From Syntrophaceae bacterium (GTDB taxonomy: Bacteria > Desulfobacterota > Syntrophia > Syntrophales > Smithellaceae), in contig JAFGLS010000239.1 in NCBI GenBank assembly GCA_016927935.1, positions 4,390-68,389 of the forward strand: a stretch of 64,000 bases of DNA, read 5' to 3'. Under the pieces are notes generated by a model. It made no database searches. It worked only from the letters and a program-made list of their open reading frames with translations, and was not told where the DNA came from. Below are positions 8,026-16,570 of this stretch, piece by piece (the first letter of the stretch is position 1; the number at the start of each line of letters is the position of its first letter). A program made the translations under genes and the position numbers.

Positions 8026-8769
8026 TTGAAGAGAATGAATAATAATGTAATCAGAACATCAAGTCTGATGTGGCTCCGTGTTTTACTACTTACGCCAATG
8101 GCCGTTATTGGCGGTTTTATAGGCCAGATTGCTTTCGACCTGATCAACACAAACCCATCAACTTATGGTAAATTGAATAGTTTTTTAATTGACATTATTA
8201 TTCAGCCGATTGTGCATGATTTTTGGCATGCCTTTGGTATTTCTATAGCATTGCTCAGATGGGTTTTTGGCTCTGGTGCTTTGGCATTGAGTATCTCTTT
8301 TTATTTGCGAGTTTCCGCAAAAAAGTTATTTGGTATGTTCTTGGCTGGCTGCTTTTTAGGATTCATAGGTTTTCTTCTGGTAGGCTTTTTATTAGAAGTT
8401 GTTCCGATGGAAGTATATCGTTGGCTTGCTGTTCCATATACTGTCGAAAGAGTTATGCCACCTATGATTATATGTTTTTTAATAGGGCTTATCTTAAAAG
8501 AAACTCGCTCCTTTAGTTGGAAATTTGCACTTGCAGGTTTCTTAGGCGGTCTGTTAGGCACCAAGCTCATTATATTTTCATCTATGGAACTGTATCAAAT
8601 AATAGATACAATGCTAATAAATATAGGGCTGCAACATGTTAATGCTATGCGGCTAATAGAAACTTTTTTCATCATGCTCTTTACTAATTTCCTATGTCTC
8701 AGTTTTTTAAATGAATCACTACGTTACAAGGAAATTAAAGCAACAAAAGGTAACGGGGGCAGGTCTTGA
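8026..8769 (+). CDS. Hypothetical multi-pass membrane protein
   Basis: About 6-7 Gly-rich hydrophobic helices. Confidence 0.7.
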   Translation: MKRMNNNVIRTSSLMWLRVLLLTPMAVIGGFIGQIAFDLINTNPSTYGKLNSFLIDIIIQPIVHDFWHAFGISIALLRWVFGSGALALSISFYLRVSAKKLFGMFLAGCFLGFIGFLLVGFLLEVVPMEVYRWLAVPYTVERVMPPMIICFLIGLILKETRSFSWKFALAGFLGGLLGTKLIIFSSMELYQIIDTMLINIGLQHVNAMRLIETFFIMLFTNFLCLSFLNESLRYKEIKATKGNGGRS

Positions 8770-8805
8770 AATATCAGTTTGTATTGTCAGACTTGATAAT
8801 TGTTC

Positions 8806-8870
8806 AACCTTACAACCCGTAAGTCTCAGTTTTCATAAATCCGATTTTATGCTAACTTTGAACCTATAAT
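8806..8870 (+). repeat. Recombination-site-like repeat, copy C
   Basis: CTTACAACCCGTAAG...AGTTTTCATAA-atccgatt-TTATGCTAACT-TTGAACC. Confidence 0.85.
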
Positions 8871-8944
8871 CAAAAAAATATTTTACGCTATAATGTTGAG
8901 TAATTTTTACCATAAACTGACCATAGTCAAAATTTAGTAAACAT

Positions 8945-9535
8945 ATGGCTTTTGATTTTTTAAGAAAAACAAAACGTAAAGAGATTATGTCTGCACCTCA
9001 TTGGCTAAAGATAGAACCCATGGGATGGGAAATGCCGATGATTATCATTATCATTCTTTATTCCATCGCGACTGCTTTATTTGCAATGTTTATCGTGGGT
9101 TTTCTTAATTATCCGCCTGCGACTAGTTGGACAAAAATTATAGTCGGTTGTATTTTTGGTTGTGGAATCTATGCAGCCGCGTTAATAGGAATTGGATATA
9201 TTTCTAAAAAAAAACCACTAATATTGACGGAGAGAGGCATAATAGGACCATATTTTATAGCTATAAAGTGGAATGATATTAAAAGTTATAAATGGGAAAC
9301 GTTTAAAGGACCTACAAGAATGGCAAATGCACCAAAAGGTGGAGGTATAAGTTTATTTATAAGAGATGAAAGAGTAATACCGCATTACGTTGACAGATTT
9401 GGGCATACAGTATTTGCTAATATGGGTTATTTTTTTAACCAGGATCAAATCACAAAAACTGATGAAATTTTTCAGAGATTAGGAATAGGAAAAATAAAGA
9501 TGGAGGAAATGTTAGGCTTAATAGATATTAAATAA
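8945..9535 (+). CDS. Hypothetical membrane protein (2 TM plus PH-like domain)
   Basis: Two TM helices, then LILTERGI...IKWNDIKSY. Confidence 0.7.
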   Translation: MAFDFLRKTKRKEIMSAPHWLKIEPMGWEMPMIIIIILYSIATALFAMFIVGFLNYPPATSWTKIIVGCIFGCGIYAAALIGIGYISKKKPLILTERGIIGPYFIAIKWNDIKSYKWETFKGPTRMANAPKGGGISLFIRDERVIPHYVDRFGHTVFANMGYFFNQDQITKTDEIFQRLGIGKIKMEEMLGLIDIK

Positions 9536-9564
9536 CCTTCTGGTAATAGTTTTGCCCGGTCGGT

Positions 9565-9592
9565 TATATCATTGCAACTTTGAACCTGAAAT
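9565..9592 (+). repeat. Collapsed/hybrid site G
   Basis: TATATC-A-TTGCAACTT (left flank of copy A) joined directly to TGAACCTGAAAT (right box of copy A). Confidence 0.7.
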
Positions 9593-9614
9593 TCGCAATG
9601 TTGACATCCACAAT

Positions 9615-9634
9615 ATACTGCACCTTTGTAGTTG
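9615..9634 (+). repeat. Second copy of the 20-bp direct repeat
   Basis: Identical to 6884-6903. Confidence 0.85.
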
Positions 9635-9913
9635 AAAGAAATAGGTAACTACTAACCTTCTTTGTGCAATTCAATTACATTATTGTTTGTTGCCGCGTCT
9701 ATGATCTGTCCGGCCAATGTTGAAGCTCCCCTGTATTAATCCGGGGAAACTCCCGCTTAACGTCTGGCCTGAATATTAAAAAATAAGAATATTTATCTCT
9801 AAAAGAGAATTTGATATTTTCTCTATAAGGGTGTAAAAAAAATTAATCATAAAATTCAAAAAACAGGTATTATTTATCATATCTAGCTTATTGCGTATTA
9901 AGGACAATAACCA

Positions 9914-10762
9914 ATGGAAGGTGCAATTTTTACAATTTTTATAATCGCGCTTGCTATATTGGGTTTTAGATGGTTGGTGAAAAAAAATGAAGAAATCGAT
10001 CGCCAAAATAAGGCAATAGCACTTGCAAAAATTAATAAAGAAAAAGAAGAACAAAGACAAAGAGAAAGACAAAATCAAATAGCAAAAGATCAAGCCGCAA
10101 AAGCTGAAACGGAAGAACAAGAAAGAAACAAAGATCTTTTTAAAAGGAATAAAGATCTTATTGATAAGTTTCTACAAATTGCAGAACGGAAGATTTCAAT
10201 AATTGATGAATATGGTGATGAGAACTGGGAGGTTTTACCTTCCGAAATTTTGACTTGTTTGAAAAAAATAGCACAACGTGAAAAAAAGGATATAAATTTA
10301 AAAAAAGATGATTTTTGGTGGCCAAAGCAATATAAATGGTTAAAACAAGAATTAGAAATTTCTTTTCGTTCATATCATGCAAAACAAAAAAATAATTCAA
10401 CAAAGAACGATAATTTAAGTGAAATGAGTGGTACGGAGTTTGAGTCATGGGTTGTTAAAATATTAAAAGAAAATGGGTTTGATGATGTTAGAGGGACTCC
10501 AACGACTGGTGATCAGGGTGCTGACATTATAGCATATAAAGGGGAAAGGCATATTGTTATTCAAGCAAAAAGGCATAAAGGTTCAGTTGGAAATAAAGCG
10601 GTGCAAGAAGTGATAGGTGCTTTGCAATATTATGGAGGAAATGAAGGTTGGGTAATTACAAATTCTACATTCACTCAGTCTGCAATAGCTCTTGCTCAAA
10701 AAAGCAATATTAGACTCATTGATGGTCGAGCCTTAAAATATATTGAGGATTTTGTATTTTGA
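9914..10762 (+). CDS. Mrr-family (type IV) restriction endonuclease with N-terminal membrane anchor
   Basis: MSGTEFE...GDQGADII....IVIQAKRH...VG..AVQE...VITNS.FT..A...A Mrr_cat motif; N-terminal TM and coiled coil. Confidence 0.88.
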   Translation: MEGAIFTIFIIALAILGFRWLVKKNEEIDRQNKAIALAKINKEKEEQRQRERQNQIAKDQAAKAETEEQERNKDLFKRNKDLIDKFLQIAERKISIIDEYGDENWEVLPSEILTCLKKIAQREKKDINLKKDDFWWPKQYKWLKQELEISFRSYHAKQKNNSTKNDNLSEMSGTEFESWVVKILKENGFDDVRGTPTTGDQGADIIAYKGERHIVIQAKRHKGSVGNKAVQEVIGALQYYGGNEGWVITNSTFTQSAIALAQKSNIRLIDGRALKYIEDFVF

Positions 10763-10811
10763 TTGTCTAATAAGGAACTAACATTAAGAAATAAACTAAA
10801 AAGGCAATAAT

Positions 10812-11054
10812 ATGGAATTTAATAGCAAACAAAAAATGGTTTTATACATTGTAATAGTGATTATAGTAATTATGTTTCTTTTTCCACCTTGGCGTTCTGT
10901 AGGTGATATTCATTATAATTGGGGTTATAAGCCTTTCTTAACTAATGATCCTTACGGTGAAGTTAATATATTAAGATTAATTGTTCAATGGATTGGAACT
11001 CTGATTATTGGAGGAATTGCCTTTTTATTAGTGGCTGATAAGAAAAAGAAATAA
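10812..11054 (+). CDS. Small membrane protein
   Basis: Two TM helices and an FPPW motif. Confidence 0.7.
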   Translation: MEFNSKQKMVLYIVIVIIVIMFLFPPWRSVGDIHYNWGYKPFLTNDPYGEVNILRLIVQWIGTLIIGGIAFLLVADKKKK

Positions 11055-11102
11055 AAATTCCAAACAGAAGAAAAGCTATATCCCAATTTATGAGGCAATA
11101 TA

Positions 11103-11906
11103 ATGAGAATCAGACTTGGTAGAGTTTCTTTAATATACATAATTATAATCTATCCTATTTTATTATTTATTTTTGTTAATTCACTCCAATATACTCAGGG
11201 CGATTTTTATTTTTCATTTAAAAATTTATTTAATCTTGAACTAGGTATAAACAAATATAAATTTGATCTATTCATTTCTCTTTTAATGATAACCAGTATA
11301 ATAATCGCACTTTATCAATGGATATACAATATTGATCTCAGATATAAGACAGACATAAATGGTCTTCTTGAAGATATACACCATAATTATAATCTTGCAG
11401 ACGATATTTATTATAAGATTGATAAGAAAATATTTTTCTCAAAAATATATAAAATTCTTAATGAAAAAAGAGGTGTTTATGTCTATCCTAATCCAGATAC
11501 TAATGCTATAGATAAAAATTTCTTTGCTGATTGTATTGTAGGGAAACCCTATGATTACCCTTTTACTTTCTTACATCCAATGCGAGATTCTTTTATAGAA
11601 CATAGCATTACATCAGATAATATATTTAGCCTTAAGCAAAAAAGAATATTTCTAAACTTAAGGCATTTAAGATATTCCATATATCGATTTAATCACAATA
11701 TAAATAACTTTAATTTATCTTCTGATAAAAAAAGATCTTTTTATGAAGTAAGAGAAGAATACTATGTATGGGTTCTTTTCAGACTTTCTTTTATCCTTGT
11801 TGATTTAATTGTGAATACACCAGAAAAATATTTTATCGATAAAGATTACGTAAGAGAAATTAAAGGTTATATAATGGGAACTTTAAATATTATGGAAAAA
11901 GAATAA
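11103..11906 (+). CDS. Hypothetical membrane-anchored protein
   Basis: Long AT-rich ORF with two N-terminal TM helices. Confidence 0.65.
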   Translation: MRIRLGRVSLIYIIIIYPILLFIFVNSLQYTQGDFYFSFKNLFNLELGINKYKFDLFISLLMITSIIIALYQWIYNIDLRYKTDINGLLEDIHHNYNLADDIYYKIDKKIFFSKIYKILNEKRGVYVYPNPDTNAIDKNFFADCIVGKPYDYPFTFLHPMRDSFIEHSITSDNIFSLKQKRIFLNLRHLRYSIYRFNHNINNFNLSSDKKRSFYEVREEYYVWVLFRLSFILVDLIVNTPEKYFIDKDYVREIKGYIMGTLNIMEKE

Positions 11907-11918
11907 TAGGAAGGAAAT

Positions 11919-12500
11919 ATGGATTATAACAATATAATTTTAAATATAATTGGATGGTTCATTGCCCTTTCTGGATGGGGTACTGTTATATACAATCATG
12001 TTACAAGCACTCCAAAAATAAAGGGACGTTTGCTTAATGTTATGAGGGGTTCTATTAATAACATATCTGCATTTATAACCTATGCTTATTTAATAAATGT
12101 CCGAAAGAACACTATTAATATGCTTGATTATGAAATGGAAATAAAAGTTGATGATAGGTGGATTCGTCTTAATAGAGTTTATGGTATACATAATATTCAA
12201 ACCCCAGAATTTTTTGCACCAGATAGGAGTAAAATAGAAATAACAGGTTTTTCAAACAATTTGATTTATAGAAAAAATGCACCTGTTGAATACGGCAAAC
12301 CACTACATGGTTGGATTATTTTTACTGGAGATAAAGAAATACAGAATAAAGATATTTGTGTTTATAAACTAACGTGTGTAGATGCTTACAATAAACGCCA
12401 TACATTTGAATCAAAACCTGACGAATTTATAAATCTTTTTCTTCTTCAGGATATAGCAGATATTAAAAACATACCTGAATCAGCAAAAAAGCAACAATAA
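11919..12500 (+). CDS. Hypothetical protein with N-terminal TM helix
   Basis: ORF with AGGA RBS. Confidence 0.7.
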   Translation: MDYNNIILNIIGWFIALSGWGTVIYNHVTSTPKIKGRLLNVMRGSINNISAFITYAYLINVRKNTINMLDYEMEIKVDDRWIRLNRVYGIHNIQTPEFFAPDRSKIEITGFSNNLIYRKNAPVEYGKPLHGWIIFTGDKEIQNKDICVYKLTCVDAYNKRHTFESKPDEFINLFLLQDIADIKNIPESAKKQQ

Positions 12501-12532
12501 AAAGGATTGAATCAGATAAACATTATACTATA

Positions 12533-12597
12533 CTGTGCTTATTATTGTGCTTAACAACCAAGATAATATGCCGACACTAGCTGACTGTAGCTGACAT
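12533..12597. promoter_or_regulatory. Putative integrase arm-type and Xis binding sites of attR
   Basis: TGTGCTTA x2 (12-bp period) and GC(C/T)GAC x3 (10-bp period), 90-150 bp from the att core. Confidence 0.5.
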
Positions 12598-12636
12598 TAA
12601 GTTTTTTTGATTTGTTCAGGAATAATAAAGATAAAA

Positions 12637-12677
12637 AAAGAAAAACGGGTGGTTATGATTCCACCCGTCTTTCCTTT
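12637..12677. terminator. Hairpin or bidirectional terminator inside the element end
   Basis: ACGGGTGG/CCACCCGT stem with A- and T-rich flanks. Confidence 0.55.
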
Positions 12678-12683
12678 GTTTTA

Positions 12684-12727
12684 GTCTGCAAAACCGTTAT
12701 TCCCCGGTTCAAGTCCGGGTGCCTCCA
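12684..12727 (+). pseudogene. attR: displaced 3' fragment of tRNA-Cys(GCA) with a 3-nt acceptor-stem deletion
   Basis: GT-CTGCAAA-ACCGT anticodon arm, CCCGG-TTCAAGT-CCGGG T-arm, then TGCC-T-CCA; no 5' half. Confidence 0.85.
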
Positions 12728-12735
12728 ATTAAAAT

Positions 12736-12779
12736 AAGAGGTTGCAAGTCATTCAAAACTTGCAACCTCTTTTCTTTTG
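12736..12779 (+). terminator. Rho-independent terminator after the tRNA fragment
   Basis: AAGAGGTTGCAAGT/ACTTGCAACCTCTT 14-bp stem plus T-tract. Confidence 0.85.
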
Positions 12780-13030
12780 TATGGCTTTTATATAAAATAT
12801 ATTTATGAAGTATTTATCTTAATTATTTTTCCTGTAAAATTAGCTCATTCATACGGATTTTCAATTAGTTGTGATTAAAATTATATTGAAATGTAATTTT
12901 TTTTCATATATTACACGAAAATCTAACAATTTTTTATTATATTTATTTGTCCATTTTGCTGTTTTATGATATATTAAAACAAACAGTAATTAAAATAACG
13001 GATATTTAATATAATAAAGGGGGCTATGCT

Positions 13031-13201
13031 ATGGAATATAACGTCATTGGTATAATTGTCCTTTTGCTGTTGGTGATAGTACTGGTAATGCAAATTCAAA
13101 TGAGTACACTTAGCAAAAAAATGGAGGAAAAAGAGGAAAGCATCCTTAAAAAGGTTGATGAATTGCTAAAAGAAAAATCTAAGGAACCTAAAAAAACATA
13201 A
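13031..13201 (+). CDS. Small single-TM protein (56 aa, not in ORF track)
   Basis: MEYNVIGIIVLLLLVIVLVMQIQMSTLSKKMEEKEE... with a G-rich RBS. Confidence 0.6.
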   Translation: MEYNVIGIIVLLLLVIVLVMQIQMSTLSKKMEEKEESILKKVDELLKEKSKEPKKT

Positions 13202-13629
13202 CAGACAAATCCGGATTTTTTGCATATATGAAGGATGTTCCTGATATCTGTATGACATGTTATAAATCTTTCAAGATTCTGAATTGACGATCTTTTCATC
13301 TAAGTTAAATGCTGAAACAAGCATTTAAATATGTATCCTGAGCATAATTAAATCTTTAAACTATAAATTGTCAAATTGTGTTCCTTTATTGAAAATTTAA
13401 GCTTATAGGTAATTCAATAAGTGGGCCTTGGCGAAAAGGTTTTTCTCGCCCCTTTTTGTTTTACCAATGATATTAAGCACTTATAGTTTGCCGCCTGCAA
13501 TGAATATAAAAATTTTCACATTTTTTTATCTCGTAGTCACAATCAATTTTAATATGTATTGTTTATTGACTAATGGTTTGAATAATGGTAATATACTTTT
13601 CTCTTATGGAAAGGCAAACTAAAAATAAA

Positions 13630-14115
13630 ATGTTTAAAGTGGGAGATTTGGCTGTGTATCCGGCTCATGGTGTAGGAGTCATTGAAGCCATTGAAAATAA
13701 AGAAGTAATGGGTAAAAAGCAATCCTTCTACGTCATGAAAATAATGGGAAACGGAATGAGAATAATGATTCCTACAATGAGCGTTAAAGCAGTCGGATTA
13801 CGTGAAATAATTTTAGAAAAAGAAATACCTAAGGTATATGAAATTCTGCGTAATAAAGACGTTACGATAGATAAACAAACCTGGAATAAGCGCTACAGAG
13901 AATATTTGGAAAGAATAAAAACAGGCTCTGTATTTGAAATCGCCAGTGTTCTGCGAGATTTATTTATTTTGAAAAGTGATAAAAATCTTTCTTTCGGTGA
14001 AAGAAAGATGATGGATACAGCAAAAAACTTACTGGTAAAAGAATTATCCGTAGCCACCAACGCACAGGAATCTGAAGTCGAACACAATTTACAAAAAATT
14101 TTTACAGTCCAGTAA
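13630..14115 (+). CDS. carD: CarD family transcriptional regulator
   Basis: MFKVGDLAVYPAHGVGVI...WNKRYR signature. Confidence 0.95.
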   Translation: MFKVGDLAVYPAHGVGVIEAIENKEVMGKKQSFYVMKIMGNGMRIMIPTMSVKAVGLREIILEKEIPKVYEILRNKDVTIDKQTWNKRYREYLERIKTGSVFEIASVLRDLFILKSDKNLSFGERKMMDTAKNLLVKELSVATNAQESEVEHNLQKIFTVQ

Positions 14116-14288
14116 TCCAAATCACTTTGCATTCTTAATCCAGCTCTTTGAAAATTTAATAACGGCAGATTACTTTTCCTTGTTTAAAGGAAACCGTAAA
14201 TTTTGCCTCCAAAATATTTTAAATTTTCATTTTTTGTTGAAGGAAACATTAATTTATAAAATTTTCATACATTTTACACAGAAAGGAG

Positions 14289-15287
14289 GTGAAACGGTTG
14301 ATAATTAGAATTATCTTAATTTTAGCATGTTCCATCAGCGGTTATTTCATAGCTTATTTCACTTACTCGGATTCTCTTTGGTTTTTTAAATTAATAGCCG
14401 GCTTTATTGGATTATTAATTGCATTAATAGTGATAAAAATTGAACAGGACGTTCGAAAATTATCTTTAAAAGTTATTGTCGGCGGCGTGGCCGGAATGAT
14501 AATCGGTCTTTTGATTGCTTTGATATTCAGTTTTGGTTTGAACTTTGTAAGTAAAATAAGGGAAAATGAACAGGCTGTCCCTTGGATTTATTTGCTGATC
14601 ACCGGAATATTCAGTTACCTCGGTCTTTTTTTAGGTTCAAAAAAAATAGAAGAAATTAATTTTACCCGCTTTGATTCTAAAACTACCCATGATTATCGTA
14701 TCCTGGATACAAGTGTAATTATTGAAGGACGAATCGCTGATATTTGCGACAGCGGATTCATAGAGGGAGATCTGATTGTTCCCCGTTTTGTTTTGAATGA
14801 ATTACAGCTTGTGGCCGATTCCTCAGACTCGATGAAACGATTAAGGGGAAGACGAGGACTTGACGTTCTCAATCATTTGCAGAAAAGCTCAAATGTCCAT
14901 ATTGAAATAATTGAACAGGATTTTCCGAAGATCAAAGGAGTAGATGGAAAACTTGTTGCTTTGGCCAAGGAATTAAATGCCAAGCTGATAACGAATGATT
15001 ATAATTTGAATAAGGTAGCCGAACTTCAGGGAATTCGGGTACTGAACATCAATGAGCTGGCTAATGCCATGAAACCTGTTGTGCTTCCCGGTGAGCAGAT
15101 GACTGTCAAAATAGTTCGTGAAGGAAAGGAAGCGGGACAGGGTGTTGCTTATCTTGATGACGGAACTATGATTATAGTGGACAATGCTCAGAAATTAATT
15201 AACATGAACGTTAAAGTTATAGTGACAAGTGTTCTGCAAACAACGGCGGGACGAATGATTTTTTCTGAATTGAAAGAAGTTGCCTGA
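14289..15287 (+). CDS. PIN/TRAM domain membrane protein (YacL family)
   Basis: [33 protein letters not shown] motifs. Confidence 0.93.
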   Translation: MKRLIIRIILILACSISGYFIAYFTYSDSLWFFKLIAGFIGLLIALIVIKIEQDVRKLSLKVIVGGVAGMIIGLLIALIFSFGLNFVSKIRENEQAVPWIYLLITGIFSYLGLFLGSKKIEEINFTRFDSKTTHDYRILDTSVIIEGRIADICDSGFIEGDLIVPRFVLNELQLVADSSDSMKRLRGRRGLDVLNHLQKSSNVHIEIIEQDFPKIKGVDGKLVALAKELNAKLITNDYNLNKVAELQGIRVLNINELANAMKPVVLPGEQMTVKIVREGKEAGQGVAYLDDGTMIIVDNAQKLINMNVKVIVTSVLQTTAGRMIFSELKEVA

Positions 15288-15296
15288 AGCGAATTT

Positions 15297-15334
15297 AAAA
15301 AAAGCCCGGGAAATTATTTTCCCGGGCTTTTTTT
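15297..15334 (+). terminator. Rho-independent terminator
   Basis: GCCCGGGAAA/TTTCCCGGGC stem with A- and T-tracts. Confidence 0.85.
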
Positions 15335-15397
15335 ATGACTGTTCCATTTTTAATTCAAAAATGCTATCAAATTGCTGAAAATCATAGGATGTGATTA

Positions 15398-16570
15398 ATG
15401 AAAACAGTAGCTATAATTCCCGCAGCAGGAGCAGGAAAAAGATTAAAATCTCACATAGCCAAGCAATATCTTTTGCTGAATTCAGTACCTGTTTTAGTTC
15501 ATACACTCAAGGTATTTCAAGAATCAAAAGAAATAGATGAAATTATCATAGCTTTGCCGCTGGAGGATTTGATTTATATACGTCAAGAGTTATTGGAGAA
15601 ATACGGCTTGACAAAAATTACCAATACTGTTGCCGGGGGAAAAGAAAGACAGGATTCTGTAAGAAATTGTTTAATGGTCATTGAGGGGAAATGTGACTTA
15701 GTGGTTATTCACGATGCTGTGCGTCCGTTTGTTACGGAAGAATTAATCAAATCGGTTGTTGATGCCGCCAAAGTCACAGGAGCATCTGTGGCCGGAACAA
15801 GGATTAAAGACACGATAAAAGAAATAAAAAAAGACAATATGGTTTCAACTACAGTGCCGCGTCATAATATATGGTTAACACAAACGCCTCAGGCATTTAA
15901 GTTTAAACTTTTGAATGAAGCATATAAAATCGCCTATGATGAAAATTTTTATGGAACCGACGACGCTTCCCTGGTAGAAAAAATGGGGAAAAAAGTAAAA
16001 ATGGTTGAAGGCTCTTCCGAAAATATTAAGATTACAACCAAGGAAGATATGCTGATAGCGGAGGCTCTTATGAAAATGAGAAACAAAGCCGTTACGCGCA
16101 GTGGCATTGGCTATGACAGCCACAGATTAGTTTCCGGAAGAAAACTTATTTTAGGTGGTGTGAAGATTCCTTTTGACAAAGGATTGGACGGACATTCTGA
16201 TGCAGATGTTCTTATTCACGCTGTTTGCGATGCTTTATTAGGCGCTTCCGGTATTAAAGACATTGGCAGGCATTTTCCGGATAATGACCCTGAATTTAAA
16301 GATATATCCAGTATGATAATTCTGGAGAAGGTAAACGAAATAATTGCGGCACAGGGATTTTCTGTCAATAACGTTGATGCTACGGTAGTCATGGAGAAGC
16401 CCCGGCTTGCGCCTTATGCCGCTAAAATGATTTCCAATATTGCCCGTGTCCTGAATATTCCTGAAAGTTGTGTCAACGTTAAAGCCAAAACAAATGAAGG
16501 GATGGGTTTTGTCGGCAGAAATGAAGGTGTGGCAGTTTTTGCTATAGTTACCATTGCGGAAAGGAAATAA
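15398..16570 (+). CDS. ispDF: Bifunctional IspD/IspF
   Basis: AAGAGKR..K, HDAVRP, QTPQ (IspD); GIGYDSH, GHSDADV (IspF). Confidence 0.95.
   Translation: MKTVAIIPAAGAGKRLKSHIAKQYLLLNSVPVLVHTLKVFQESKEIDEIIIALPLEDLIYIRQELLEKYGLTKITNTVAGGKERQDSVRNCLMVIEGKCDLVVIHDAVRPFVTEELIKSVVDAAKVTGASVAGTRIKDTIKEIKKDNMVSTTVPRHNIWLTQTPQAFKFKLLNEAYKIAYDENFYGTDDASLVEKMGKKVKMVEGSSENIKITTKEDMLIAEALMKMRNKAVTRSGIGYDSHRLVSGRKLILGGVKIPFDKGLDGHSDADVLIHAVCDALLGASGIKDIGRHFPDNDPEFKDISSMIILEKVNEIIAAQGFSVNNVDATVVMEKPRLAPYAAKMISNIARVLNIPESCVNVKAKTNEGMGFVGRNEGVAVFAIVTIAERK

Larger units (their letters stand above)
1..12727. mobile_element. Integrative satellite/prophage-like element at tRNA-Cys (right part only; attL and most of the integrase lie left of the window)
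   Basis: Integrase 5' end, excisionase-like HTHs, replication initiator and helicase on the minus strand; AT-rich cargo; tRNA-Cys 3' fragment at 12684-12727; host-type genes resume afterwards. No virion genes seen. Confidence 0.85.

Noticed and set aside
8828-8857. The chromosomal dif site
   Set aside because: It has an 8-bp spacer, occurs in several variant copies, and lies inside island cargo.
4705-8870. CRISPR array or classical integron attC sites
   Set aside because: The repeats are separated by whole genes, not 30-40-bp spacers; there are no cas genes, no attC R''/R' boxes, and the recombinase lacks IntI features.
12655-12727. Intact tRNA-Cys gene
   Set aside because: No 5' acceptor strand or D-arm, and the 3' acceptor strand is 3 nt short.
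13405-13465. Small RNA upstream of carD
   Set aside because: Only a short GGCGA/TCGCC hairpin with a T-tract is visible, which is not enough support.
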